Positions 22,949 through 34,500 of a stretch of 64,000 nucleotides of DNA are shown here, in pieces (within the stretch, counting starts at the first letter, position 1; each line of letters starts with the position of its first letter). The DNA lies in NCBI GenBank assembly GCA_030704615.1, contig CM060734.1, forward strand, positions 40,424,001 to 40,488,000. Direction: 5' to 3'. A program made the translations under genes and the position numbers. Under the pieces are notes generated by a model. The model did no database searches. It worked only from the letters and a program-made list of their open reading frames with translations, and was not told the origin of the DNA. This stretch comes from Takakia lepidozioides. Lineage: Eukaryota; Plantae; Bryophyta.

Positions 22949-23663
22949 ATGGCGCCAACCATTGTTAAATATAGAAAGGAAACAAAAGAATGGTTAGATG
23001 ATTGTGTGGAACATGATCTTAGGGATGCGAATGATCGTGAGGAAGCATACCAATATTTTTTGTTGTATTTCTGCAACAACGGTGAATTATATCATAGATA
23101 TAGAGATTTTAGAATTGAAATGTGCTTATTGTGCCCAAATAAAGATGCAAATCACTAGTTCTCAAAAGTACGTGATCTACTTACTCATTGTCGCACATTC
23201 TAAAGAGCCCATATGCTGGAGCATAGAACCTATGGTGCGGCGATTGAGGAGATATTGCACTTCACATCAAGGGCGAACCTTAGAAGTATACCAGAAAGTC
23301 CCACCTTGCCGGGGACTGTACTTGGAGCTAATGATAGCGAGTTCGAAGAGAGATTTGAAATCGAGGTGCTTCGGTTGAAGAAATTAGCAAACCATAGTAA
23401 CCATATTATCATATTGCATCGTCCGATCACCATATTGCACAACACATAGCATATTTGTAGCCAGGTGGATTCTAGGTGGATATTGTACATGTCGCCACCT
23501 CTGTACTCAGTCCCAAAAATATTTCGCCATGTCCACGCCAAGGCTAAAAAGAAAAAAAGAAAAAGAAAAGGTTGATATGTACCATCAGCTTTGCCTTACG
23601 AAATGGTTGATAAGAACATTGAAATGCCCAGTTTGCCGAGACGTACTTCGAATGGACAACTAA
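22949..23663 (+). pseudogene. zf-XS/SGS3-like zinc finger + degenerate RING-H2 protein (disrupted)
   Basis: From ATG 22949: ...YQYFLLYFCNNGELYHRYRDFRIEMCLLCPNKDANH*FSKVRDLLTHCRTF*RAHMLEHRTYGAAIEEIL...; C-terminal MYHQLCLTKWLIRTLKCPVCR. The two stops are sense codons (R, K) in the other copies. Confidence 0.55.
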
Positions 23664-24640
23664 TGACTGTTAGTAGATTAAACTCCAAGAACATCATAAA
23701 AATTGATGTTCTTGAACCTTACACCTATGGTCTTTGAATAATTTGATGTTCTTGGAGTTTCATCTACTAACACCAAAGTGCAAGATCAAGTGTGGAGGTC
23801 TCACCTCAAAATATAATAGTTAGTTTTCTACTATAAATTTTATGATAAACATATTAGCCAAAATGTTAAGATGAAGGTTTCATGAACTCCACAAGGGTTC
23901 AGTTTTTCTATTTATTTTTATAGCGGAATTACATCGACTACAAAGACAATGATATCTAGATCTGTAAGACAAAATACTCAAAGAATAACCTTCACATCTT
24001 TTTATCTATTTCCAAACTCTAAAATGAAAACGATGATGTTTGCAACGAGGGGAAAAAAAGAAAGAAAAAACTAATTGATTAATTGAGTATATCAGCCGAG
24101 TTCTTTAGCAAGTATTTCAGCTAGTATTTCAGTATATCAGGCAAATATCCTCTGAAGATGATGCAGCTCCACGCAACCCATCCACGTTAGTAGTGACCAG
24201 TATAGCTCTCTCCCTGTATGTCCAGGGTTGAGATACTTGCACAATTTCACCAAAAGTGGCAAGAAAAAAAACAAAAAAAACGAAAGTGTTTAAAATATAT
24301 TTTTATTCATTTTATTTATTTCTACAACAATGATGAATTATATCATAGATACAAAGATTTTATAATTGAAATGTGCTTATTGTGCCCAAATAAAGGTGCA
24401 AATCACCGGTTCTCAAAAGTACGTGATCTACTTATCCATTGTCGCACATTCAAAACAGCCCATATGTTGGAGCATAGAACGGCTAGTATTTCAGTATGTC
24501 AGGCAAATATTCTCTGAAGATGATGCAGCTCCACGCAACGGGCCATCCACGTTTGTAGTGACAACTATAGCTCGCTCCGTACACGTCCAAGATTGAGATA
24601 CTTGCACTATTTCACCAAAAGTGGCAAAAAAATAAAAACA
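22949..24640 (+). repeat. Right arm of inverted repeat complex
   Basis: Contains the zf-RING block, then R (24120-24260), zf (24315-24480) and R (24482-24625), all inverted relative to 18995-21290. Confidence 0.9.
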
Positions 24641-24936
24641 AAAAAACTAATGGTCTCCAATTCATTACGGTTGTCCAGGCCACTGACTTTCTTTGGAATT
24701 GTAGAAGATTTTTCATTTCTTCTACTAATTCCGTAGTATGATATGACTCATCTTTTGAGCGTTTTATGACTTCTCGCAATTCTTGATAAGAAGCCCAATG
24801 TTGAACCTTTGCTTCAGCTTGTGTTGCTTTTAGTTGAGCGGATTCTTCAAAAGTATAAGATTGCTTTTCATCGTCGCCCTTCCATGACATCAAAATGACA
24901 CTATTCTTCAATCTTAATTATCCCATTGCTATCTAA

Positions 24937-25042
24937 GAGAGAAGACTCCGGCCACTAAGAGCCACTTCGCCTCATGGCTACTGCCTCTTTTCCGGGGTGG
25001 GCCCTATAAAGAAAACAGGCTGAACCTGCAGGTGTCTAAGGA
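24937..25042 (-). mobile_element. Very short 5'-truncated copy of the non-LTR element at 26229-26650
   Basis: Reverse-complement similarity to 26540-26646; flanked by the 13-bp direct repeat CATTGCTATCTAA (24924-24936 and 25043-25055), a probable TSD. Confidence 0.75.
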
Positions 25043-25159
25043 CATTGCTATCTAACATTATCTTCTAGTCAACCCATAAGTTGCTATTGACATTCTTTTG
25101 CAGGATTTTTACATAGGCTTCAATACCAACTTTCATTAAAATAATGTTCATATTCCATT

Positions 25160-26172
25160 CGCTACAACAGAAATAGGGATTTATGACTGGGATTCATGAC
25201 TATGTTCTGGTCATAAGTCCTTCATGACTAATAGTCATAAACCCTTAGTCGTAGAGCGACTGTAGTCACATGTACCTGACAGTCATAAGTCCCCATGACT
25301 GACTGAAGACAAGTTATGTGTCATCTGAGCGTACTGACTGGAGGCTGACGTGTAGTCATATGTACTAGCGTTGTCATGACTACAGACACCCACATGGAGG
25401 CCACGCGGCGAGGCGCCTGCATGCCACGTGTCCACATATTGACCCTATAGTCATAGTCATAGTCATACCAGTGCTGTCATGACTACATACATCCGCATGG
25501 AGGACACGCGACAAGGTGCCTGATTGACTCGTGTCCACATTGACATTTGAAATTCAAATTTTGAATTTCAAATGTTCTAAAATTTGAATTGTGCGTTGAC
25601 CATTGACCCCACACTATCCCACACATTACTAGACAATACATACTTGAACCTAAGACCTTCGCATTATAGCATTACTAAATCAATTTACACTAACCAACTC
25701 ACACCTATTATACATACATGCACAACATAAGCGGTTTGATTGTATATAACCACAACAAACTTTGAAATATAAAGAGAGTGACACGTCTAGTCATAGTCAT
25801 GTATACAGTCACAGTTACAGTTACAATCATGTAGTCATGTAGTAATACATGATTATGACATGTCATCCAATCATAGACATGTGTACATGACACCTCATCT
25901 TATCTTAGACGTACTCATGACTGTTAGTCATATGTATCGTGACATGTCAACACATCTTAGACATGCACACGACTATTAGTCATATGTCCCGTGACATGTC
26001 ATCACATCCTAGACTTGCAGACGACTGTCAGTCATATGTCCCCTCATATGTCCGTCCGATAAATATTTTATTCATTTCTAACTGCATTCACGACTGTGTA
26101 ATCATTTACTTAGTCAAATGTGCCATGACTACGGGAAAGCCACAATCATGAAACCCAGCTTCTCTTGTAGTG
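25160..26172. mobile_element. Non-autonomous CACTA (En/Spm) element
   Basis: TIRs CGCTACAACAGAA / TTCTCTTGTAGTG (rc CACTACAAGAGAA); 3-bp TSD ATT on both sides; dense subterminal AGTCAT/ATGACT repeats; no transposase. Confidence 0.88.
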
Positions 26173-26228
26173 ATTTCTCCTTGGGGTGATGTTAGGTACT
26201 TTATACATTTATTATATTTAAATACAAA

Positions 26229-26650
26229 AAAACGGAAAAAATACGCCCCACTTATCCTTGCAATCCACCGGCGAGGCTGGAATACCGGCCCGCTTACCGT
26301 CATCACTGCCGGACCTAGAGGAGGTATCCACAACGCCAGTATTAATGCTATACACGACAACCTCCAAATTCCCCTCCCCCCTATCCACAAATGCTTTAAA
26401 GCCATCTCTCACGGCGCTACGTTCCCTCACAGCCATCACCAACAAACAACAACTGGAATCTAGCTCTACGACGGTACCGTAGGTACCTCTGGGTACCCAT
26501 GGGTACCCCTGATACCTCTTCTCCTCAGTTACTCGGTGTCCTCCTGGACACCTGTCTTTCTCATAGGGTCCACCTCCGAAAAGGGGGCAATAGCCGCAAG
26601 GCGAAGTGGCTCTCAGCTATGCCGACTTAGTCCGGAGTCTTCTCTCTCTC
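26229..26650 (+). mobile_element. 5'-truncated non-LTR retrotransposon with an RLE-type C-terminus
   Basis: KRKKYAPLILAIHRRGWNTGPLTVITAGPRGGIH...IP...I followed by frameshifted LTAITNKQQLE; (TC)n tail; 10-bp TSD TAAATACAAA at 26219-26228 and 26651-26660. Confidence 0.75.
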
Positions 26651-27269
26651 TAAATACAAAGATACATATACTGCAATGTCTATGGCTCTGAGTAAGATAA
26701 AAGCTTATATTTGTCTTACATCATCTCCTTGTAGACTAGATTCCTCATCTGGAACTACGCCTCTCCGCCCTTGTCTTGCTCTATCTCTTCATATATAGCT
26801 ATCAGATATCTTCATGTCCTTTCGTTGTCATTAAGATCTCTTGACTCACCTTGGTTCGTTGCCCTCCATAACTGAAATTATACCAAGACAATAACTCTTG
26901 ATTAATAATATCTCAATGATCTATACGTCAGTTGACCCCTTGATGATATTCATGCATGTGATACAATGTACATGATGTTCGAATGTCTTGTCTTCCATCC
27001 ATTCGATGGTTTCATTTTTTTGCTTTAATATCTTATTGTCTGTGATACTGTGGTGGTTCCAAATTGTTCAAGTCCTCACTATAAAATCCATGTCTATGAG
27101 GTATATTTGTAATCTTGTCTTTTGCTCATCGCAACAATAAGGTATGTTTTCCATGTGGTTCTCCCCGGCTATATGTATCAATTCCATGGTAATAGGTTTT
27201 ATTTCCATGGTTAGTGTATACTCACATGAGCCAAGTCAAGCTCATGTTCCCAGACTTATGTTGCAACAT

Positions 27270-27745
27270 CATCGTCTTTAAATTAGGTGGATCAATAATT
27301 AAGTTGGTCTAGTAAAAAATAAAAGTCAATGGCTGTATCCAGTTATGAGTCAGAGTACATGGCATTAGCAAAGTAGTTGTGCAAACAATATGGCTGAGAA
27401 GCTTAATGATGGATTTGGGATTTACTCAGGAAAAACCTATTGAAATCTATGCAAATAATGAGAGGGCTATTGCCTTGTCCGAGAATCCCAAGTTCCATAC
27501 TAGAAATAAGCTTATTGAAATACAATATCATTACATCGTGAAAAAGTATGATTGAGGGAGGTGGTACTACAATATGATTCTACTTTTGCTATGGTTGCAG
27601 ACTTTCTAACAAAAAGCAATCCAAGATATAAACATTTTCTCTTTGCGAGAGGACGTGGACTGAAGTGGACCAAGAACATCGCAACACTTAGAACTATAAG
27701 ATTGAAATGGTTTATGATTTATGATCTCTTGAATACTGGGAGTGA
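27270..27745 (+). mobile_element. Ty1/copia RNase H remnant
   Basis: WSSKK..VSSYESEYMAL...WLRSLMMDLG...AIALSENPKFHTRNKLIEIQYHYI...MVADFLTK. Confidence 0.85.
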
Positions 27746-27929
27746 AAGAAATACTCCATCAATTAGATGAGAACAAAGTTAGAAAACAAGGGGTGGACAT
27801 AATTGTGTAGGACTTCGTGTATCAGAAATTATGAAGAGTTACTAAGTGTGTAGGGAGCGAGAGTATAGAGAAAGAAAAGACTTCATAAGAGACAATTCAT
27901 GTAAATCTAATCATGTATTTCATGGACAA

Positions 27930-29600
27930 GTGTATCTAATTGTAGATTATTGACTAGATGGTTTTCCAACAAACCAAAGGTTAAGTCCAAAAGTTCTAGG
28001 TATTGATTATAATAAATTCATCATACGTTCATAAATTCCATTAGAGTTCTTATGGCTCTTGATGCTGATCCTCATAATGAGTCCATCAAATGGATATAAA
28101 TATTGTGTCTTTAAATGTTGAACTAGATGAAGATATCTACATGAGAGTTTTGTTCAATTACGAAAAGCTAACCTTGTGTGCAAATGACAAAAGAGCTTGT
28201 GTGGATCAAAGCAAAGTCCAGCTTAGTAGGCAAGAAATGATACATATCTTTCAAAGACTAAATATTTGAGAGAAGTGTAGATGATACAACTATATATGTA
28301 AAATGTATTGGATAATTACTTGTAGCCATAGCTTTGTATGTAGACTACTCAATCATAGTCACAAACAATAGTCAAGGATTATTATTGCAGACCGAAGCAT
28401 TGCTATATGCAAAGGTCTGACATGAAAGATATGGGTGAAATAAAACATTGCCCCAAAAATACAAATAAAAAGAAGCCGACAACTGAGAATTGTGAGTTGA
28501 ATCTAAGTATATATACAAGTACACTGAATACATTTGGCATGGACTCACGCGTATAAACCAATAAATATCCCACTTGAATTGAGATTAATCCTAATTCGGT
28601 TCCTCCAGGATTTCAATCTCACCTGGGGCAAGGGCGGCCTACTCGGCTCCCGTGTTTCCAACTCTTATGTTCTTTGGGAAGACTTCTTCTCCACGCAATG
28701 GCAAGACACTTGGTGAAGGGGTTTGCAACTGGAGGCACAGGCACACTAGGGACCCCATGTTCAAGGCTCACCTCAAGTTTTAGTTCTTGCTTCCTAATTC
28801 GTTGACTCCGGTTTTCTAGTTCAAGCTTCTTAGTTATCTACTTCCTAGGTTCGGCATTGCTCAAGGACTCCATCTTGGCCGCTGCTCTCCTAGTAATGTC
28901 CCTCACACCTTATTCAGTGTTGCTGGACCATAGGTGAGGTCTGCATTGCACATCCAATCCTTCCCGACTTTGCCGTACTCTCCCACTCCTCATCATCCCT
29001 CGAATTTACACCATAGTCACTTGCATTTCACTCTGCATCTCGCTCACTTTCTATTTCGTTCTTGGTGCTAGTATGCTATGGTTATTGGGATGTTCCCCCA
29101 CTGTAAGCCTTGCATGGCCCCCTCGTGGTTATTTTTTCCACCTGTTGTGACTCATTTTTCACTTAATTTGATTAAAAGGGCCACCATCCCCTTAATTAAA
29201 AAAAAAAAAAAAACTAACTAAAGATCAATCTACAAGCACAAAAGAATACATGCGAAAGATGGCAAATATACCCTATTAGTCGGGTATTGGGATCTTGATG
29301 TATACTTATGTAGTGGGAGTCATGTGACAAATGGCCAATCCTGGAATTGCTCACTCGTTTGGAGTAAGAAGTATCTTGCGATATCTTAAAGCTAAATTAG
29401 ATCATGGACAACTCTACAAAAAGAGCTTAAGCTTAAGCTCTGAAACACTACCACAAGTTATATGTCACGGTTATTCAGACGGAGATGGGGCTGGTAATAT
29501 TGATGGTAGAAAATTTATGTCAGATTATGTCTTACTTTAATTTCAAGAGCTAAGTTGGACCAACATCAAATAAGGTTGCTTATGAGGCACTGGACATACA
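27930..29600 (+). mobile_element. Ty1/copia RT/RNase H remnant, interrupted by an insertion at ~28590-29213
   Basis: HQMDI...LDEDIYM, LVCK..KSL.G.KQSP, ALYVDY, MKDMGE; after the insertion PY..GIG.LMY, ILRYLK, GYSDGDGAGNIDGRK. Confidence 0.8.
28590..29213 (+). mobile_element. Poly(A)-tailed insertion, probably a LINE 3' fragment
   Basis: More GC-rich block interrupting copia coding sequence and ending in an A-tract at ~29198-29213; no clear TSD. Confidence 0.4.
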
Positions 29601-31500
29601 TTAAAGAAATACCATGGCATATTATAAACCAAACTTTCTAATCAAGTTAGAATACATTCTCATCACAATCTTTGATAATCCATACATCATTTTTCCTAAT
29701 TTATACAAACAACACATCCATCCAAGCCAAGCAAATCCAAATTACTCGATTGTGTCCATTGTCCGACATTGTGCCAAAGGCACAGCCGGTGCTGTTGGTG
29801 CACTACCCAGTAGCGGAAAAAGCAAGGGCTGATCCCAATTGATAGGAAACTTTTTCTTATTAATATAAGTATGACTTAACAGGATCATGAATCTTTATTA
29901 ATTCTTTAGTAAACCTGGGTAAAGCTATATGTAACTTATTGTTTGATTGGCCTTCAACTACTAGAGCAAGTTCTGAAAAAATCGTGAGTGAAAAAGAATG
30001 GTTGACTCCACCCTTGTCTGCTCTTGAAAAAGGGCATGTATCGGACAACCCTTGTAGAGAGAGGGTCAAGGGGGATACAATTTCACACAATTGACCTGTA
30101 ACTGAATGGGCTGTAAGATTGCTCCATCTGTATAGGCTACTCAGGCATGTAGGCATGAATACATGCATTAATCCACACATATGAAAGACTTATCATGAAA
30201 TAAAAGAAAAGTGGCACTTCATCAAGTAGCCCTACTTGAAAAATACTGTGCATGACTAAAGTAATCTGGAAATGTGCACTATTGAATGACAACTACAAGA
30301 GTTGAAAACCACAATCTTCTCATAATGTAGGTTGACCACAACCATCTCTAGAGAGGGGTAACAAGCATTAAAGATTGTATGGTTTGGACTCACAATATTA
30401 TTTTCTTTGTGGTTAGGCTATGATATGAAATAATAAAAACATTACCAAAAGTATTAGGATATTAGGGTACACCATAAATCAAGACAAGAAAGAATTGAAG
30501 GTCTCAAGAAAGGAAAAAGATAGTTCAAAATTTCCACAAAAATTAACCCTTAAACACTGGGCCCAAAACGGGCTTCAGGGCCCATTGCGTTTTCAGATCT
30601 GCTTCAAATTTTATGAAATTAATGCCATAAGAGTAGCCCCTGTCGAGCATTGCCAGGATGATGGCCCTCATTTTGAGTTAAGGCAAAGTTGTGTCATCAT
30701 GCAAGCAAGGGGGTCAAATTTTGATGAAGGTAATTTTAGGGTTTTTCATGCTAAGATTTCTTCACACCTGTGTGTGAGAGAGTTATAGTTAGGGGATTTG
30801 ACCAGGTTTGACCAAGCGGCAACATTACATGTGTTGGCCACATTGAATGGTTTTTGGCTTGTTGAATGAGGGATCCCAAGGGGAGCGGCCTGAACTGGAG
30901 TTGATCCCGTCACTCAAATCTTTAAAATACTGCTAAAAAATGTAATGTTTCTCCAATGGGCCCCAATAATGGGTCCCACATTCAACCGTGGTGATTTCTG
31001 GATCTGGGGCTGATTGCCCTGGAAATTGGCAGGTGGGTGCAGGAGGAAGTTCCGCACATATCTAGAAAATTGACTTCTTTAAGAAATTGATCGATACACC
31101 ATTTTTTTTTTACTGCAGGGGTCCTATTTTTCTAAAAAGTCAAACTATGGCAGTGGACGTTTTAAGGGTCAACATATCAGATTGAACTAAGAGAAAACCT
31201 ATCATGGAGGGCCATATGAACAAAGTGAAAAGAAGTCGAGGAAATGAACTTCATCTTGCGAAATCCGAAATCATATGACATAATGATCCCACAAGTATTC
31301 AGTTTGTCTATAAAACTCCATGATACGCCTTCACAACAGTGTCCTTGGTGGGACATTTCTGCTTTTCTTATGGACAAACCTAAATTGAAGTGCATACTTG
31401 GGTTACCAGCACTGGCCGAAGACAAGTAAACTGGAAATAATTTAATATACATGCAATTAGGCCTATCCCATCATTAACCCCGGTTACTTATGAATATATG

Positions 31501-34500
31501 TCAGATAAAAATCAAAGCTAACAACAATGCAACTAGCAGAGAAAAAGCAATCCCCAAGAAAGCAATGTTGTAAACTGGATGTGGTTCCTTACCCGAAAGC
31601 TTGGGCTTTGTGACACTACCTTTCTGTCTATCATTGAGCGTTCCAGGATGCTGGCTGACTCTCTCATCATAACTAGACTTGTTGCCCTTGCTCCCTACAA
31701 CCTCACAAAAAGAGGTCCTTGATGGAAGTGCTGAAGCTTCGGGCTCCACTATGCTTGAAGGCTCCAGAGGATGCTGAATAGCAAACAGCTCTGTGCATCG
31801 ATCTTGCACCACCTGCAGGTTCACACATAGGCATTGTATAAGATATCCCATTCATTCTTTTGCAATGAGCACAAAATTAGATAGATCTGTGTTTGGTGTC
31901 CATATGCAAAGATGACAAAGCAAGGACTTAATTTAGACAAAGTGCACTTGAAGTTGAGGCACTCAGGCAAATACCTTTGTCAATTGCAACAAGGTCATGA
32001 TCAGTGTAAATCACTTCCATCCAAAAGAAATAAAAACTCCATTTATAGACACATGCATAAAAGAATGCAAACTGCACAGAAAGACGGCCTTTATCCAGAC
32101 AAGTAGTGATGTCCCCAAATTGTGCCCCTGAGGCAATCACAAGCAGTCAACAGTCAATCACTAACACGATGGGTTACTTATCTGAAGTTGACCACCACTA
32201 GGGTGGTAAGAGCTGAACTGAAGTACTTCTTAAGATTGATAGTTGACCTGTCTGATCCTTAGAGAAAGAGGTGGAGGGACTCCTCTGACCATTTCCCTGT
32301 TCCATGACATAATCTCAAGAGGGTAGTTCCCGAACGAACTGTTTCAGACTTACCCACAATGGTATTTGAACCTCGTCCAGATTCAACTGTGTTGATTCAC
32401 CATTAGCAGGGACAACATAGATAGTACTACTGACTTAGTCGTTGAATCAGATGGTATGAATCAGACAGTGGGAGAGAAGAGAGTTGCTTTCACCTCCAGT
32501 GTTTCGTCAGGGAGCATATAGTCGCAAAACAAGGCTCCATCATGCCAAGGCACTAGTACTCTGCGAGGCAATGCAAAGCTACATTCCATGCTGTCTATAC
32601 CACTGCATGCACTGACCACAATGCCTCATTATCATATAAACACTGAATTGGGTTTGCAGCTATGGACGATAAGAGTCATTCAATGCATAAAGCCTGAATT
32701 AGACACTACAATTATTATCTCCCAAACTGATAAAAGGAGGATACTGATATAAATCCCCTGTCTGCTTTCAATGGTATTAAGGTTAGAACCCAAGTTAAAC
32801 AGTGAATAGCCCAACCTTAGGAGCTATCAGCAGCTGCTATGAGTCTGCATCTGAACTCAAACACTTGCATCAATCAATAGTTTTGAACCTTGTCCACCTA
32901 CCATGATCTAAGGAGTGGATGTAACGATTCTGACTGCAGAGTAGTGCCAAAGGGACTGCTCTCCCCCTCCAACGCAGACTCAGCTTGTTCAACTTCATCA
33001 AAGAGAACTTCCAGCCTACATTTCAAGCTGGCAATTACATCATCCTGCAAAGTTCAATCCCAGTGTTATTCTTTCAACCTTAAATCACAAAACCCACCTC
33101 CTAGAGTTTGTCAACAATGCCAAAAGAAAAGTTGTAAAAAGTCCATCATCTGTGTTCAATCATTTCTTGCAACCTCCTTGTCAGGGGTGCAATCACCTAA
33201 TGCACTAATTATGATGGCCAATTAGTCTACCTGTTAGGAATTAGTACTTCACACTACAATAAAACAGAAGAAACCTTCAGATCTGAGATTGCAAGTTGCA
33301 ACGGCTCCCTTATAGAGGCAAATGCACGTGCATGCACGACTCCACTCACTACCAACATCCCTGCAACATTTGCACTGTTCTCCACGTCTGCAAGCCAAAG
33401 ATGCCAGTCACCAACCCAGCAGAATCTGATTACTGGAGAATTCCGATCTTGGAAACACCAGGAAACACTTAAAAAACCTGATCCACGACCATGCAGGTCT
33501 TTATGCAAGTCACACTACACTCTGAGAAAAGTCAAAAGACTCCCAAAGTAGGTCTTCCATTAGAAACTGTTTTAACAGCAGTATAAGCTGTCAAAGGCTC
33601 GTCTTGCAGTAGACAGAATAATACAAGCTGCCCGTCACAGGACTTGAAGGCATTGTAAGTCCAAGTTTCCTCTTTGACTTGCCCTTTCACTGGAATTATA
33701 AACCCAAGGATCCAGAGTAGAGGCCTTCCATTACACATGCTTCCAAGCTTACCATGCATAGGGTCTGTGCCTGGCTGCTTCCCCTGAGGTCAAGTTGGTA
33801 AGCAAGATCACCAAACCAATTGGAAGGTGCCCTGCTGGCTTCGACATGGTTCTGTCAGAATGTATCTATCCATTTCAAGAGGACCGTGTGCAATTTACAA
33901 GACTGTTCCTTATAGAGAAATTACACCCCCCCCCCCGGCAACTTTTAAGGCTACATCAGTAATTTTCCGTCAATATTTGGGAGATCAAAGCATGAAGGTA
34001 CCTTGTACTGCTCCAGTGCCATTGACAGGTAAAAGTAGTTCAACAGCATGGGGTCCATCTGCTGTCCTCCCAGCGCCCAGTACTTTGTCTTTCACTGGCT
34101 GTCATTAAGCAACCATCAGTTGATAAAAACTCAGAAGGCAACATAAAGCATCAACCTTATTAAAGAGTGTCAAATCCTAATTTCTTGGCTGTGACAGCTC
34201 CATTCCCCTCCCCTACGATCTCTCCTCTTCCCTGCTCCCACCAGTTCCTGGCCTATCCAGACTAAATGTGCAATCCCTTGCCACAAGGCTAGGGCAAGCC
34301 AACCTTCTGGATGACTTTGGATTGTCCTTCTCCATCTGTCCTTCTCACCGACGTTGAAAATCTAGAGCCTGAGCCTAAAGCCCTGGCCCTGTTGGGGTCT
34401 AATTGCTGGGCAACTTGCACACAGCAGGTGGATGCTTGTGTGAAGGGATATCTGGAAAGCCTGAAATTATTGTCTGTACCAAGGTAAGTCCCCCTACCGG

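Noticed and set aside
18995-24640. CRISPR-like repeat/spacer array
   Set aside because: Eukaryotic context; units are ~380 bp with homologous 'spacers'; no cas genes.
24937-26646. ~100-bp inverted repeats read as MULE TIRs
   Set aside because: Each repeat has its own TSD and one continues into LINE coding sequence, so they are two independent retroposed copies.
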